A stretch of 58,051 bases of DNA from an uncultured archaeon (GCA_964458565.1 CAYWJO010000018.1:1-58051); one strand, 5' to 3'. Shown: positions 9,479 through 19,991, counted from the stretch's first letter. Notes: generated from the sequence alone by a model not told the origin. Translations and numbers: made by a program.

Positions 9479-10711
9479 TCAGTGTTGTTCGGCTCTATGT
9501 CTGATGAAGGTATCAAATGAGATTGCACCTCGCATCAATAACTGATAATATGATTCTAACCGTTCCGGATTGTAGAGAGTCTGATGTTCACCCATATTAT
9601 GGTCAAGAGGTGGCAAATCTGATATAGCTTCCCGAACAGTAATCGGAGGTGGCAAATCTGAATTTATCAGTTTTATTTGTTGATGTTTCCTTGTATAGAC
9701 AACACTTGAAAAGATTGGTTCAGGTTTAGGAATATCGCATCCATCTCTATTTGACAGGATAAATACTCTACGACGTCTCTGAGGAACACCAAATTCTTCT
9801 GCATGAAGTGAAAATATTTCAGTTGTGTATCCAAGAGTACTCAACCGATCTTTCAATGACTCAAGAATTTCACCTTTATTCATCCATTTGATGCCTAAAA
9901 CATTTTCAATTACCAACCACTCAGGTTGAAAGAGTTCCGCAAAATCATACATCATATAGACGAGCGAATTTCGTTCATCACTAGTATTCCAATGACCAGC
10001 TGTTGAGAATCCTTGGCAAGGAGGACCTCCAGCAAGCAAATTTAATGTTTGGCCTTTCAACCTTGTTTCAATTTCTTCACACAGAGTCTGATAGTCAATT
10101 GGATTGAGTATATCCAAGTTCAGGACAGTTGTATCTTCGTGGTTCTGATCATAGCTTTCACACATATGATGATTCAAATCAGTAGCCAAGACAATATCAT
10201 GACCTGCTTGCTTTAATCCCTCAGAGAGTCCTCCAGCACCTGCAAATAGGTCAATAACATTACCGGAAGGCAAGATTTTACCCAATGCTCGTGATAGCAA
10301 TGGAGGAACTGCATTGCCTACTTGTTTGTACATTGATGAGGTACTGCCAAGAAAACGATAATCATCAGTGAATGACTGAAGTCTAGCTGCTTCTCTTATT
10401 GATATTAGCCGATTCTGGTCTGGATGAATGAATGTTCCATTACCAGGTCTATTGAAGTACGTGTTAATTGTATAAGCAGGAAGGTCATATTTCATCCGAC
10501 CGTAGTATGTTGTACGTCCTCCAGATTCTCGAATTTTCATAACTCTTTTTGACTTCAATGCGGTTTTTTCAGGAATATCTTTCCAGTTTCCTCCGGGAGG
10601 TATTGAATAGACCATTTCGAGATCAAGATCACTCAATTTAGCACAAACATGATTATAGAGTGGACTATCCAAATCTGCGTCCTGTATCTGGGTTTCTGAA
10701 GAGAGAAGCAT
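9479..10711 (-). CDS. Circularly permuted DNA (cytosine-5)-methyltransferase
   Basis: TRD and motifs IX (REAARLQSF) and X (KQVGNAVPP) precede motif I (DLFAGAGG), IV (GGPPCQGFS), VI (ENV) and VIII (QRRRR). Confidence 0.93.
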   Translation of the reverse strand: MLLSSETQIQDADLDSPLYNHVCAKLSDLDLEMVYSIPPGGNWKDIPEKTALKSKRVMKIRESGGRTTYYGRMKYDLPAYTINTYFNRPGNGTFIHPDQNRLISIREAARLQSFTDDYRFLGSTSSMYKQVGNAVPPLLSRALGKILPSGNVIDLFAGAGGLSEGLKQAGHDIVLATDLNHHMCESYDQNHEDTTVLNLDILNPIDYQTLCEEIETRLKGQTLNLLAGGPPCQGFSTAGHWNTSDERNSLVYMMYDFAELFQPEWLVIENVLGIKWMNKGEILESLKDRLSTLGYTTEIFSLHAEEFGVPQRRRRVFILSNRDGCDIPKPEPIFSSVVYTRKHQQIKLINSDLPPPITVREAISDLPPLDHNMGEHQTLYNPERLESYYQLLMRGAISFDTFIRHRAEQH

Positions 10712-10765
10712 CCTGTTAATACGAATAAGAAAACGATAAGAAAGCGTGTATTCTATAACTAATGT

Positions 10766-12988
10766 TTACTGTAGGTTATTCATCTCCTCCAGAATCAGTT
10801 CTTGATCTGGTTTTGGAGTTCCTCTAGATTGTAGAATTTCAAAGATACCATCAATATCAACATTGTATAAATAGAAAACTCTGGCATCGATTAAAGGTGA
10901 TACTTCTGTACTCCCCTTTGAAATACTCTGAACAAGAAGACTAACTTCCTTCACGAGATTTTGGTTATCCGGATTAATCTTTGAAGGATTCAATACAGGC
11001 ATTAATGAAAGCTCTCTATTGGAAACATGATTATTGGAATTACCTAGATGGAATCTCCAATTCATCAATTCCGAGTTGAGTACACCGAGAATAAAATCAA
11101 GTGAGTCATCACTCGCTTCTCTTTCTATCATATAATTACATGAATTTGCTAGAACCATCCTAGGTTGAATTCGGGTAAACTTTAACCTCCATCTCTGATT
11201 TCGATTGGATATTTGTTGACAGGCGAGTCTCTTCTCGTTTATATGTGCTATTCGATTCGAGTTATGTTTCGATAATCTAAAAGATTCCAAATCAACATAT
11301 CTGAAATTGGAATCTGGTCTAAGTTGATATCTACTGATATCAGATCCCCGTATTAGAGGAAAGGAAGTATCAGTCTTAGTCAGAAATCGTTTGTCAAGTG
11401 TTAGGTCGAATTCACCTCTCCAATTCTCTAACTGTTGGTTAAGATGATGTTCCGGATTTGCATGAATTTGCTTCAGAATTCTAAGTTCGTTTTCATTAAC
11501 ACAGGGGATGACATGAGACCTTCCCATAGTCTGAGTTATATCGTCAAAATGAATGGTGACAGGATTCTTTTTTGATACAATCGAATCAAGAGAATATCTT
11601 AAATCAAAAGATGATGAAGTTCCACCTCGTTCAATGATCACAATACAAACTGACTGAGTAATATGCGGAAAGAGACGCGCAGATTCCGAAAATTCATTAA
11701 TAGATAGTATTCTATTTGAGGTCAGAAGATGGGTTCTGATTTTTGAAGCTGATATATCACCAAGTAAAGAAGATGGAACTACAAAACCAATGCGGGCATT
11801 CTCCGATGCAACCTGAAGAGCTCGTTCAATGAATAAACGGTATGTGTCTATTGTATAGTAATTCCCAAGATTGTACTCTCCAGATTTTCGAAAATATGTC
11901 ACTTCTTCATTCAGAATTTCTTTATGATTCTCAAATTCCGAAAACACTATATTTCTTTGGCCCTGTTCTAGCCTATTTCTGACAAATTCAGCAAAATTAG
12001 ATTTAAGTCTATTATAAGGAGGATTCATTAAGACTATGTCAAATCCTGAACCCTCAGGTGGTAAGATATCAGGATATGCATCGGTCCACTCAAACGCATC
12101 ACTCAGACTTCTATTAATAAAGTAACTTGAAAGATCCTTAGAACCACAGATTCCTTTCAGAGATATCAATGAATTTCCTTTTCTTAAATCTAAACATCTG
12201 CTAGAAAACTCCGAGTAGCTTGTTGCGAGTTCATATAGGAGAGAAACTCTAGCAATCTCCAAAGCGGCGGAATCTAAATCAATTCCATAGAGATAACCAG
12301 CAGGTGTTGCATCTGATCCAAGTAAATACGAATCTTCTAGGTCACACTCTAATAACCCACAATCAGTGCATGTATTTAGAATTTTATCCCACCTTCTGTG
12401 AATTACTCTGATTGCAGAGAGAAGGAATGTACCAGGACCACATGCTGGGTCGAGAATCCGTAGATTTGTTATTTTCCGGAGGCTTTCAACTCCATTTCTT
12501 CGAATGTCCCTAATGCATGATTCAATTTTGGGACCAAGTGTCGATTCAGTGATAGTATCAGCGAGGTGTATCGGGGTATACACAGATCCTGTAACTCTTC
12601 GAGATAGCGATGTAAGACCCCTAGAGGAGATTGCATGAGAACCATACGAATGAATCCAACTTAATATTTCATTGAGATTTCGTGATGTACAATTTTTCAG
12701 ATACTGGGGTTCTGAAACCTTCTTAACAAGTTGACATGCATTGTCAAGTATAGGTTTGGATTCGATTTGGTTTTGAATACCAAGCGGAGAGAGCTTTGTG
12801 AAGATTTGATTGTCAGAAAAGAGATGTTGAATCCTTTTTATTATTGGAGCAATAGCAATATTTAGTGAGGTAATACGAGATATCTCAGCAATTTCCAAAG
12901 GTGAATAGTCAGTTCCTAATTCTTCTAGAGATACAGATTGGACTTCGGATAAAATATTCCAAGCAATATCACTAGGATTTATTGACAA
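10766..12988 (-). CDS. N6-adenine DNA methyltransferase, Alw26I/Eco31I/Esp3I-like
   Basis: GSVYTP, LDPACGPG, NPPY; C-terminal QQISN...RLKF, LANSCNY, LNSELMNWRF, SNNHV. Confidence 0.88.
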   Translation of the reverse strand: MSINPSDIAWNILSEVQSVSLEELGTDYSPLEIAEISRITSLNIAIAPIIKRIQHLFSDNQIFTKLSPLGIQNQIESKPILDNACQLVKKVSEPQYLKNCTSRNLNEILSWIHSYGSHAISSRGLTSLSRRVTGSVYTPIHLADTITESTLGPKIESCIRDIRRNGVESLRKITNLRILDPACGPGTFLLSAIRVIHRRWDKILNTCTDCGLLECDLEDSYLLGSDATPAGYLYGIDLDSAALEIARVSLLYELATSYSEFSSRCLDLRKGNSLISLKGICGSKDLSSYFINRSLSDAFEWTDAYPDILPPEGSGFDIVLMNPPYNRLKSNFAEFVRNRLEQGQRNIVFSEFENHKEILNEEVTYFRKSGEYNLGNYYTIDTYRLFIERALQVASENARIGFVVPSSLLGDISASKIRTHLLTSNRILSINEFSESARLFPHITQSVCIVIIERGGTSSSFDLRYSLDSIVSKKNPVTIHFDDITQTMGRSHVIPCVNENELRILKQIHANPEHHLNQQLENWRGEFDLTLDKRFLTKTDTSFPLIRGSDISRYQLRPDSNFRYVDLESFRLSKHNSNRIAHINEKRLACQQISNRNQRWRLKFTRIQPRMVLANSCNYMIEREASDDSLDFILGVLNSELMNWRFHLGNSNNHVSNRELSLMPVLNPSKINPDNQNLVKEVSLLVQSISKGSTEVSPLIDARVFYLYNVDIDGIFEILQSRGTPKPDQELILEEMNNLQ

Positions 12989-13055
12989 GCAAATTTCTCT
13001 CCACTCAATTGATGTAGTTTCATATGAAATATGTTATTACTAAATGACAAAGTAC

Positions 13056-13826
13056 CTATTGTAGAATATAATATACATTATAGGAACGAGGATTGGAATA
13101 ACCTAGTTTCTGAGCAAGATAAACAGAAGGTTCGTTTGCCGCATCCCAATGGGGAACCAATCCATTCTCTAAAGCATACTCAACAATTCTAGCACCAACA
13201 ACGGTAGCCAATCCTTTCCGTCTATATTCAGGTGAATCTAGGGTCTCTATATGGATTTCAAATTCCTCTTCAAAGGGGTGGCCAGGATAAGCCATGCTGA
13301 CAACTCGATTATCATGGAGAATACAGAATCCCGTATATTTTTCTAGATATGCCTCAATAGAACCATGGAATGTATACATTATTTGAAGGAAGCTTTTTTC
13401 ACATTTGTTAATGTTCACTTCGTCTATTTTTTTTAAAATGAAACTTGAGTTCAAACCAGCCACCAACTTATGAACATGGTCAATATCTAGTTTGGAATGG
13501 TCAAGTTTCCATCTCTTTTGGTCCCTTAGCTTATCACCTAATTCTTCCCTGAGAAGATTAACCCATAAATCGTTTGATGGAACTATGATATGCATCGCAG
13601 GTAAAGACCGAACCAATGCGAGTGCTTCCATTGTTTCTGCGTTTCCAGAGAGATATATCAGTGGAGGAAATGAATAGGATGCGACCATCGGTTCAGCACC
13701 CGTATCAGTTTTGAGAATTCCCAATCCTAATTTCAAACCCTGATTCAGCAACACCCGGAGATTGGTGACAGCATCAAACATACCGCTAAACCTAAGACGA
13801 GAAGGATGTGCAAACTCTTGAAACAT
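13056..13826 (-). CDS. GNAT family acetyltransferase
   Basis: YRRKGLA acetyl-CoA motif; PHWDAANEPSVYLAQKLGY. Confidence 0.88.
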   Translation of the reverse strand: MFQEFAHPSRLRFSGMFDAVTNLRVLLNQGLKLGLGILKTDTGAEPMVASYSFPPLIYLSGNAETMEALALVRSLPAMHIIVPSNDLWVNLLREELGDKLRDQKRWKLDHSKLDIDHVHKLVAGLNSSFILKKIDEVNINKCEKSFLQIMYTFHGSIEAYLEKYTGFCILHDNRVVSMAYPGHPFEEEFEIHIETLDSPEYRRKGLATVVGARIVEYALENGLVPHWDAANEPSVYLAQKLGYSNPRSYNVYYILQ

Positions 13827-13858
13827 GGTACTTACCCCCTGATTCTGGATGATATCGA

Positions 13859-15724
13859 TTATTTAGGCCTAGTGTATATCCAGAAAACCACAATACAACC
13901 TAGAATACCTGATCCAATAAGAATCGGTACTATAAGATTATCTTCCACTTCAGGTATACCAGATTCATGGGATATGACGAATATTTTGCTGGTGATCTCA
14001 GTACTCATTCCAGCGACTTCTAAAGCAACTATCTTAATCATGTATTGGGAGCCTTCAGACATATTTCTGATGTCCCACACATATTCAGACTCAAGAAGTT
14101 CTGCAACGATAAGATTCCACGTAACACCTGCATCCTCAGAATAGTGAACACTATACGTGACAGTGTGATTCCAACTGTCAAAGACATCCACCCAATTTAT
14201 TGTAATAGCCTCATCATAAGTATAATTCAAAATAGGAGTTTGGATATACGGAAGAGTCATTGTATGAGGGATTAGTGAGAAGGCACCGTCAGTTGTATCA
14301 GATGAGGTAGCACCATGGTCACACTTCGCTGTCACTAAGACTATGTAACCCCATTTTGGAGTTAAAGAGGTCACATTCCATGTATAACTAGTCCAAGTAG
14401 TATCAGTCCAAGGAAGATCGGATACAATAGAGATCCAATTTACTCCGTTATCTGGAGAGTAATATAGATCATAAGACACTTGATGACCATAGGAATCCTC
14501 GCAGTTCCTCCAAATTATCTCAATTATCTCCCCAAAACGTCCAGTACCGTATGGATTGTTAACTCTTGGTGGTTCTATAACATGAGGAACCACATTGATC
14601 TCGAGTGAAGTAGATGCTAGAGAGTGCTTATTTTCAGAATAGGCAATCACTCTAAACACACAACTATTTTGATCCAATTCATCCAAGTCAATAGTATAGT
14701 TTGTCCTCAAAGTCAAGTGTGTGATTGTTATAAAGGATCCACCTTCTTCTTTGATTGCAACGCTATATCTAACATCTTGACCGAATGTATCACACGAGGG
14801 CCTCCAGGAAATTAGAAACATACCATAGAGATTTGTGGAATAGTGACTCATATTTGGGGAGGTGATGAAGGGTGAACTAACAACATGTAACTGTGGATTC
14901 AAGAATGCTTTTGCATGAGGTTTGAGGTCATATAATTCAGGCACTCCATAAATGTGGTATGGCAGGTCAATGAAATCATCTCCATCAGCATTAGGAGACG
15001 TCCAATCACTATAGAAATTGTTTTTGAGTATACAATCACCGTAAGCGAGATTTACCTGTAAGTAGCCGTAAGCGTTATCGATGAAGTTGTTCGATGAAAT
15101 TTCTAGATTGTGTGACGCTGTTAGTATGCCAGAACGGTGATTATTGTAGAATGTGTTTCCATTAATTGTACAATTATCAGAATAATCAATCTTCAAGCCA
15201 TCATAGGTGCAATTTGCTATCGTGTTATCTGCAATATCACATTCAGGACTTAAGTCAATGTTAATCCCAGATTGGCATCGGTATAGTTGATTGTCAATGA
15301 TTTGGATAGGACCACATTGTTCAATTTCTATACCGTATAAGGATATTTCACCAATTGTATTGGATGCGAGGACTGCATTTGTAACATTCACTAAATGTAT
15401 TCCAGCAAAACCTCTTACCAACGTACATTGAGATATCACAAAATGAACACGCGTATTCCATACCGAAATTGCGGGAGCGATATATCCTGAAGTAATCGTT
15501 AGATTCTCGATTTGAAACGGATGCGAAGAACTTCCATCTCCACTCCATCCATAGAGTTGAGATTGATTTACAAAATCTCCATCTCCATTGATAGTAAACC
15601 CAACGTCTGAAATCATGAAGTCTTTTGGTTCAAGATGTGAGATATCGGACATATTGTGAACAGACAAGGGAATCAGGGAATATACAAGGATTATTACAAT
15701 GATTCCCAATCTTCGCGACTTCAT
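13859..15724 (-). CDS. Membrane-anchored surface protein: NosD-like beta-helix + three Ig/FnIII-like repeats
   Basis: Signal peptide; GDGSSSHPFQIENLTI; Asn-rich beta-helix repeats; three W...D(T/S)xG/N..V.Y repeats (YSxDxGvxW in two); C-terminal TM + RPK. Confidence 0.85.
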   Translation of the reverse strand: MKSRRLGIIVIILVYSLIPLSVHNMSDISHLEPKDFMISDVGFTINGDGDFVNQSQLYGWSGDGSSSHPFQIENLTITSGYIAPAISVWNTRVHFVISQCTLVRGFAGIHLVNVTNAVLASNTIGEISLYGIEIEQCGPIQIIDNQLYRCQSGINIDLSPECDIADNTIANCTYDGLKIDYSDNCTINGNTFYNNHRSGILTASHNLEISSNNFIDNAYGYLQVNLAYGDCILKNNFYSDWTSPNADGDDFIDLPYHIYGVPELYDLKPHAKAFLNPQLHVVSSPFITSPNMSHYSTNLYGMFLISWRPSCDTFGQDVRYSVAIKEEGGSFITITHLTLRTNYTIDLDELDQNSCVFRVIAYSENKHSLASTSLEINVVPHVIEPPRVNNPYGTGRFGEIIEIIWRNCEDSYGHQVSYDLYYSPDNGVNWISIVSDLPWTDTTWTSYTWNVTSLTPKWGYIVLVTAKCDHGATSSDTTDGAFSLIPHTMTLPYIQTPILNYTYDEAITINWVDVFDSWNHTVTYSVHYSEDAGVTWNLIVAELLESEYVWDIRNMSEGSQYMIKIVALEVAGMSTEITSKIFVISHESGIPEVEDNLIVPILIGSGILGCIVVFWIYTRPK

Positions 15725-15798
15725 TCTGAACGATTAATATTCTAAGGATACATTCAATTTAAACATTCTATCAAAGCCAATTTAATTGCTTCAGAGAA

Positions 15799-16449
15799 TT
15801 ACTCATGAGCAAGGTCTGACTCAATTTTCTGAAGGCCTTGAATCAAAGAGTCGGAACCATAAGAATCGAGAGCTTCATTTACTTCGGCTAGTATTCCTGG
15901 ATATTCACAGCTAAGACATTCGATGAATTCTTCTTCAGATTTCGAAAGTGCTATTCTTATCTCCTCGATACACTCTCGAAGGATCACAACATCAATTTGT
16001 GAGAGACCTGATTCTTTCAATAACCAATCTTTCAGACTTTGAAGAATTTTTTGACCAAGTTTCTCAGCATCCACACGTTTAGATTCTGTTTTCTTTTCCA
16101 GAGTTCTAGCTTTCATACCTCCAATAGCTAACCTCATTTCATCATTTGGCTGCGATGGCTTTGCTGAAGTCTGTAGTTCACTATCAACAATCAATTTTCT
16201 AAAAGCCTTCTTACCTTGAAATGACAACTCCTGCAAGAATCCTTTTGATTCCATATTTCTGAGGATTTCCTTAAATTCCTCAAAGGCCATGAGTGATCCT
16301 TCTATAGACAGACTTAGAAACTTTTGATAAAGAGTCATTTCAAATTCGATCAGAGACCATCCAAATGCTCGTATGACATTTGTCTCCAGAGGATTGGGCA
16401 TACTATAACGCATATCATACTCTGTCATCACAGCGTACCATCCTTTCAT
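15799..16449 (-). CDS. Hypothetical protein (possible N-terminal wHTH)
   Basis: 216-aa ORF; EFKEILRNMESKGFLQE looks wHTH-like. Confidence 0.6.
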   Translation of the reverse strand: MKGWYAVMTEYDMRYSMPNPLETNVIRAFGWSLIEFEMTLYQKFLSLSIEGSLMAFEEFKEILRNMESKGFLQELSFQGKKAFRKLIVDSELQTSAKPSQPNDEMRLAIGGMKARTLEKKTESKRVDAEKLGQKILQSLKDWLLKESGLSQIDVVILRECIEEIRIALSKSEEEFIECLSCEYPGILAEVNEALDSYGSDSLIQGLQKIESDLAHE

Positions 16450-16793
16450 TAATTAGTTGCAAAGAAATCTAATAAGTAATTTCATCTACTCGTATTTTGT
16501 GCATAATTCCGATTTTAGGTCATCCAATATCAACTCATTGGGAATATGATGTGTTTTACATACTGCTGGTAATCAACAGTATTCAACATTGTAAATAGAA
16601 TTATGAATAATGCAGATTATAAATCAGCAAGAAGATTCAAATGTATGATTGTGTTAAATGAAATTCATTGTTGACCCGTGAGTTTTTTCCATTGTAAGAA
16701 TATTTCATTCGAAAATCTAAAAGAATTCATTCATTATATTGTGTACATAATAATGTATATATAACAATGAAGTATCAGTTATAATGAATAACA

Positions 16794-17096
16794 ATGTCAG
16801 TAAATCCTGTACCACGCGTTGGATATGGAGACGCAATTAGAGCTGTGATGAACGAGTTAGCAAAGGGGACACCAATGTCTATCTCCACTTTGTCTAGGAA
16901 ACTCAATATCGATCGTCGTACAATTGGAAATGTGATTGACATTCTATTAGACGTACAGGAAGTACTTGTAGTAAAACGAATCGAAACTATGAAAATTGGG
17001 CGTCGATTTGTAATTAAATTCAACAATAGGGCAGCTTCAACCCGTAAGAAACTGGAGTCAGCCCTTAATGTCATTCGAAGAAAGACACAACGATAG
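16794..17096 (+). CDS. Small basic HTH protein
   Basis: MSISTLSRKLNIDRRTIGNVIDIL helix-turn-helix; AT-rich upstream region. Confidence 0.7.
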   Translation: MSVNPVPRVGYGDAIRAVMNELAKGTPMSISTLSRKLNIDRRTIGNVIDILLDVQEVLVVKRIETMKIGRRFVIKFNNRAASTRKKLESALNVIRRKTQR

Positions 17097-17128
17097 TGTA
17101 TACGAATTGTAATGTGCAGGTGGTAGAC

Positions 17129-17650
17129 ATGTCTGAGATCATAGGTGGGGGACTAACATTTGCATTTGTAGTTCTAAGTTTCATTACATGTAACCTCCTA
17201 TGGAGCCTAGTTGGATGGTATGTATATCCACAAGCAGGTATGGTTCTATTGATAGCAGCTCTGGGTGAAAACCATGTGTCAGGAAAAGGATATTACTCGT
17301 ACACCTCCGTGAACAGATACTTTGTTGGACGGGTTCCGCTATGGATTCCATTCATGTGGGTCTTCGTCGTTCAAGGTGCATTACTTATGTGTCTACTCTC
17401 TGGGTTCACTGGATTTGTAGCTGTGTATGTATCCGGGATAATGTGTATACTTGGTGATTTTCTATTCGCTGAACCATATCTGTGTGCTCAGAAGAAGCTA
17501 TGGGAATGGAAACCAGTAGAGAAAGGATACTTCAAGTTCGTCCCTGCAAAGATAAATCGATTCACAGCACCATTGGGTAATTATGTTGTTTGGTTCGTAT
17601 TCCCCTTTCTACTAAATTCTGCATTGTACATTACAAGTTTTGTCATCTGA
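17129..17650 (+). CDS. Integral membrane protein, carotenoid-biosynthesis (CruF/DUF422-like) family
   Basis: 4-5 TM helices; G.Y.Y, GRVPLWIPFMW, D...EP...WEW and PLGNYVVWF pattern; ATG 17129 after AGGTGG. Confidence 0.55.
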   Translation: MSEIIGGGLTFAFVVLSFITCNLLWSLVGWYVYPQAGMVLLIAALGENHVSGKGYYSYTSVNRYFVGRVPLWIPFMWVFVVQGALLMCLLSGFTGFVAVYVSGIMCILGDFLFAEPYLCAQKKLWEWKPVEKGYFKFVPAKINRFTAPLGNYVVWFVFPFLLNSALYITSFVI

Positions 17651-17814
17651 TAGTCCTGAAATATTGAATTTTCATTCAGCTCATTTTGAAAAATTATCCG
17701 TGTCTGAGAATCTCATTACTCGTTTATACCTCATATCTTGGAATACTGAAATACCTTAGAGTCGCTTCCAAGTATTCTTTGTAGGAATCATCATACTCGT
17801 ACGTCAAGAAGAAA

Positions 17815-17890
17815 TGGAGCCGGCCTTGGGATTTGCACCCAAGTAAAACAGCTCTGCAGGCTGTCGCGTCAGCTACTCCGCCAGACCGGC
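17815..17890 (-). tRNA. tRNA-Cys (GCA), intronless, CCA encoded
   Basis: Cloverleaf GCCGGTC/GGCCGGC; anticodon arm ACAGC-CTGCAGA-GCTGT; T arm TTGGG-TGCAAAT-CCCAA; U73 + CCA; 76 nt. Confidence 0.95.
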
Positions 17891-17971
17891 TTAGATATAG
17901 AGCCTATAACCTATTCTGGATTTAAGGATGTCGGCAAAATTGGCATGTAATTTTATTTTCAGTTGAAGATT

Positions 17972-18318
17972 TTAATAGCCTTCGGTTTTGGGTTTCATAA
18001 TAGAGAAGACAAACAGTATAGCTGCAAGGGGAATAATAATGAAATCCCCAATTGCTCCGGGTGCTGTTCCAACTGTTTCAATTGGTTTGAGTAATCCCAT
18101 TGCCAATCGTCCTATATACTCTAAAACAATAATCAGGTCCATTAGAAGCTGCGAAAGACCCCACTGACCCGGCTCCTCCATCTGGAAGGATTATGTGTGC
18201 TATGCTTCTTGCTATCGTAATGAATACAAGTACAACGAAAGCATACTGTGCGATTTTGTATTCCGGAAATTCATTGTTTACTTGTTTGGGGAGAATTTTA
18301 TCTCTGATTTTTGGCATT
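17972..18318 (-). pseudogene. Frameshifted, internally deleted paralog of the membrane protein at 28859-29320
   Basis: KILP.Q.NNE, LPDGGA, GLSQLLM and LLKPIET.G.APGAIG shared, split over two frames with two blocks missing. Confidence 0.85.
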
Positions 18319-18553
18319 TTATTTATCCCACTACAACGGGCGGATATTCGCATCGGTTAAATGTACCTAAGTAACTTATGTAGTACTCTTTAGTATCTCG
18401 GAGGGAACCCTTTGTACAACATTGAGGGCATGTCGGCAAGAAGTAGGGCAGTTCGTAAGGATACTGCAGGAATTCTATACTAACAAGGAAGCGAAGGAGC
18501 ATCTCGAGAGTATTTGTCTTGGGGTTCTCCCCTTCCTTTTTTATTGCAGGAAA

Positions 18554-19003
18554 TCATTCAATATAGGATACTAGTAACCTAGATACATCTTCAACATATT
18601 TCAAACACTTGTCGAATGCCCCACTCTCGAATGCTTTCATCATATCCACATCATCTGTGCCCCCGTCATATTGAATTAGGTCTTGACATAGGATTGACCC
18701 ATTGATTGCCTTGAATTCTTCAAGTAATCGAGTAGAGATTTCAGCTACCTTTGGGTTCATTGGGTTTCCATCACCAAATTCTAGGCCAATTGCCATTAGA
18801 GCACCTGTCAAAGCCCCGCAGACATTACCGGTGAGATTTATTCCCCCACCGAAGGCAGATGCGATCTTCATACAGGTTTCGACGTCAACTCCTTTTTCTC
18901 CCATGTAGGGACCAAACGTAGCGAAGATTGCTTGCGAACAACTTGCCTTCATGCCATTCATTAGCTCCTTTGCAGCGCATGTATTCTTAGATGAATCACT
19001 CAT
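18554..19003 (-). CDS. C_GCAxxG_C_C family putative redox protein
   Basis: CSQA, FGGG, CGALTG, GSILCQDL, KC. Confidence 0.9.
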   Translation of the reverse strand: MSDSSKNTCAAKELMNGMKASCSQAIFATFGPYMGEKGVDVETCMKIASAFGGGINLTGNVCGALTGALMAIGLEFGDGNPMNPKVAEISTRLLEEFKAINGSILCQDLIQYDGGTDDVDMMKAFESGAFDKCLKYVEDVSRLLVSYIE

Positions 19004-19974
19004 TGAATCACTTCCTCTGTGTACACTGAAATCGCAACACTACCCACTTTATGTCCTTTATCCGCATAAGCATGAGCTTCTGCAATCTGTTCAATGGGAT
19101 AGGTCCTATCAATAACTATACGCAATTTGTTTGCTTCTACAAGCTCTTTAAGAAAAATCAAATTTTCCGGACCACTTGCTATTGCAAATATCGCCTTCTT
19201 TTTACCAATCTTTGAAGTCCAAAGCATTTGCATAAGGAGTCGATATGAGGGTACAGTTGATAGATAGATACCATCTTCTCGGAGCCGCTTCTTGCATTTT
19301 GAGAAAGAGCTCTTCCCCACGGCATCAAATATTATGTCATATACTTCTTCTTCTTTGGTAAAATCGATTTTGGTATAATCAATTACTCTATCTGCACCCA
19401 ATGATTTCACCAATTCAATGTTCTTTGTACTGCAAACTCCTGTAACTTCAGCACCAAAATACTTCGCTAGTTGTACAGCAAATACTCCAACTCCTCCTGA
19501 TGCACCATTGATGAGAATCCGTTGTCCTTTCTGAATATTTGCTAGTGTTCTAAGGAAGTGTAATGATGTTATACCTCCAAATCCAATGGACGCTCCTTCT
19601 TCATAACTCATACCAGGAGGCATTGTAGTTATTGTTGCATTTTCTGTGCAGACAACATACTCTGCATATGATCTAGAAACACATCCGAATATCTTATCTC
19701 CTTTCTCGAACTTGGTCACATTACTGCCAACCTCAACGATTTCTCCTGCCACTTCGTTTCCCAAGATTTCCTCTTCTGATGGTTTTAAACCCATCATCAA
19801 CCTTCCAAAGGGCCAAATTGGTGCGTCTGCGCTCCTCGTTCTATAATCCATTGCGTTTACAGATGTGGCGTGAACCTTCACCAACACTTGATTGTCCTCA
19901 ATACTTGGTTTCTCTATCTCATCTAAGACTAGAACATCTGGTGGTCCGAATCTTGTCAAAATTGCTGCTTTCAT
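19000..19974 (-). CDS. NAD(P)-dependent MDR oxidoreductase (quinone-oxidoreductase-like, catalytic Zn Cys absent)
   Basis: FGPPDVL, ATSVN, NGASGGVG, LGADRVIDY, DAVG. Confidence 0.9.
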   Translation of the reverse strand: MKAAILTRFGPPDVLVLDEIEKPSIEDNQVLVKVHATSVNAMDYRTRSADAPIWPFGRLMMGLKPSEEEILGNEVAGEIVEVGSNVTKFEKGDKIFGCVSRSYAEYVVCTENATITTMPPGMSYEEGASIGFGGITSLHFLRTLANIQKGQRILINGASGGVGVFAVQLAKYFGAEVTGVCSTKNIELVKSLGADRVIDYTKIDFTKEEEVYDIIFDAVGKSSFSKCKKRLREDGIYLSTVPSYRLLMQMLWTSKIGKKKAIFAIASGPENLIFLKELVEANKLRIVIDRTYPIEQIAEAHAYADKGHKVGSVAISVYTEEVIQ

Positions 19975-19991
19975 CTTTAATTCCTCTTATC

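Noticed and set aside
16450-16793. AT-rich gap as replication origin
   Set aside because: No ORB-like boxes or adjacent cdc6/orc1; explained as a divergent promoter region
17815-17850. tRNA 3'-end duplication as att site
   Set aside because: No second copy noticed by eye and no integrase present
18430-18483. 17-codon ORF MSARSRAVRKDTAGILY after GAGGG
   Set aside because: Too short, with no supporting evidence
1-18505. GGAGCATCTC at 1 and 18496
   Set aside because: A single 10-mer match over this distance is expected by chance
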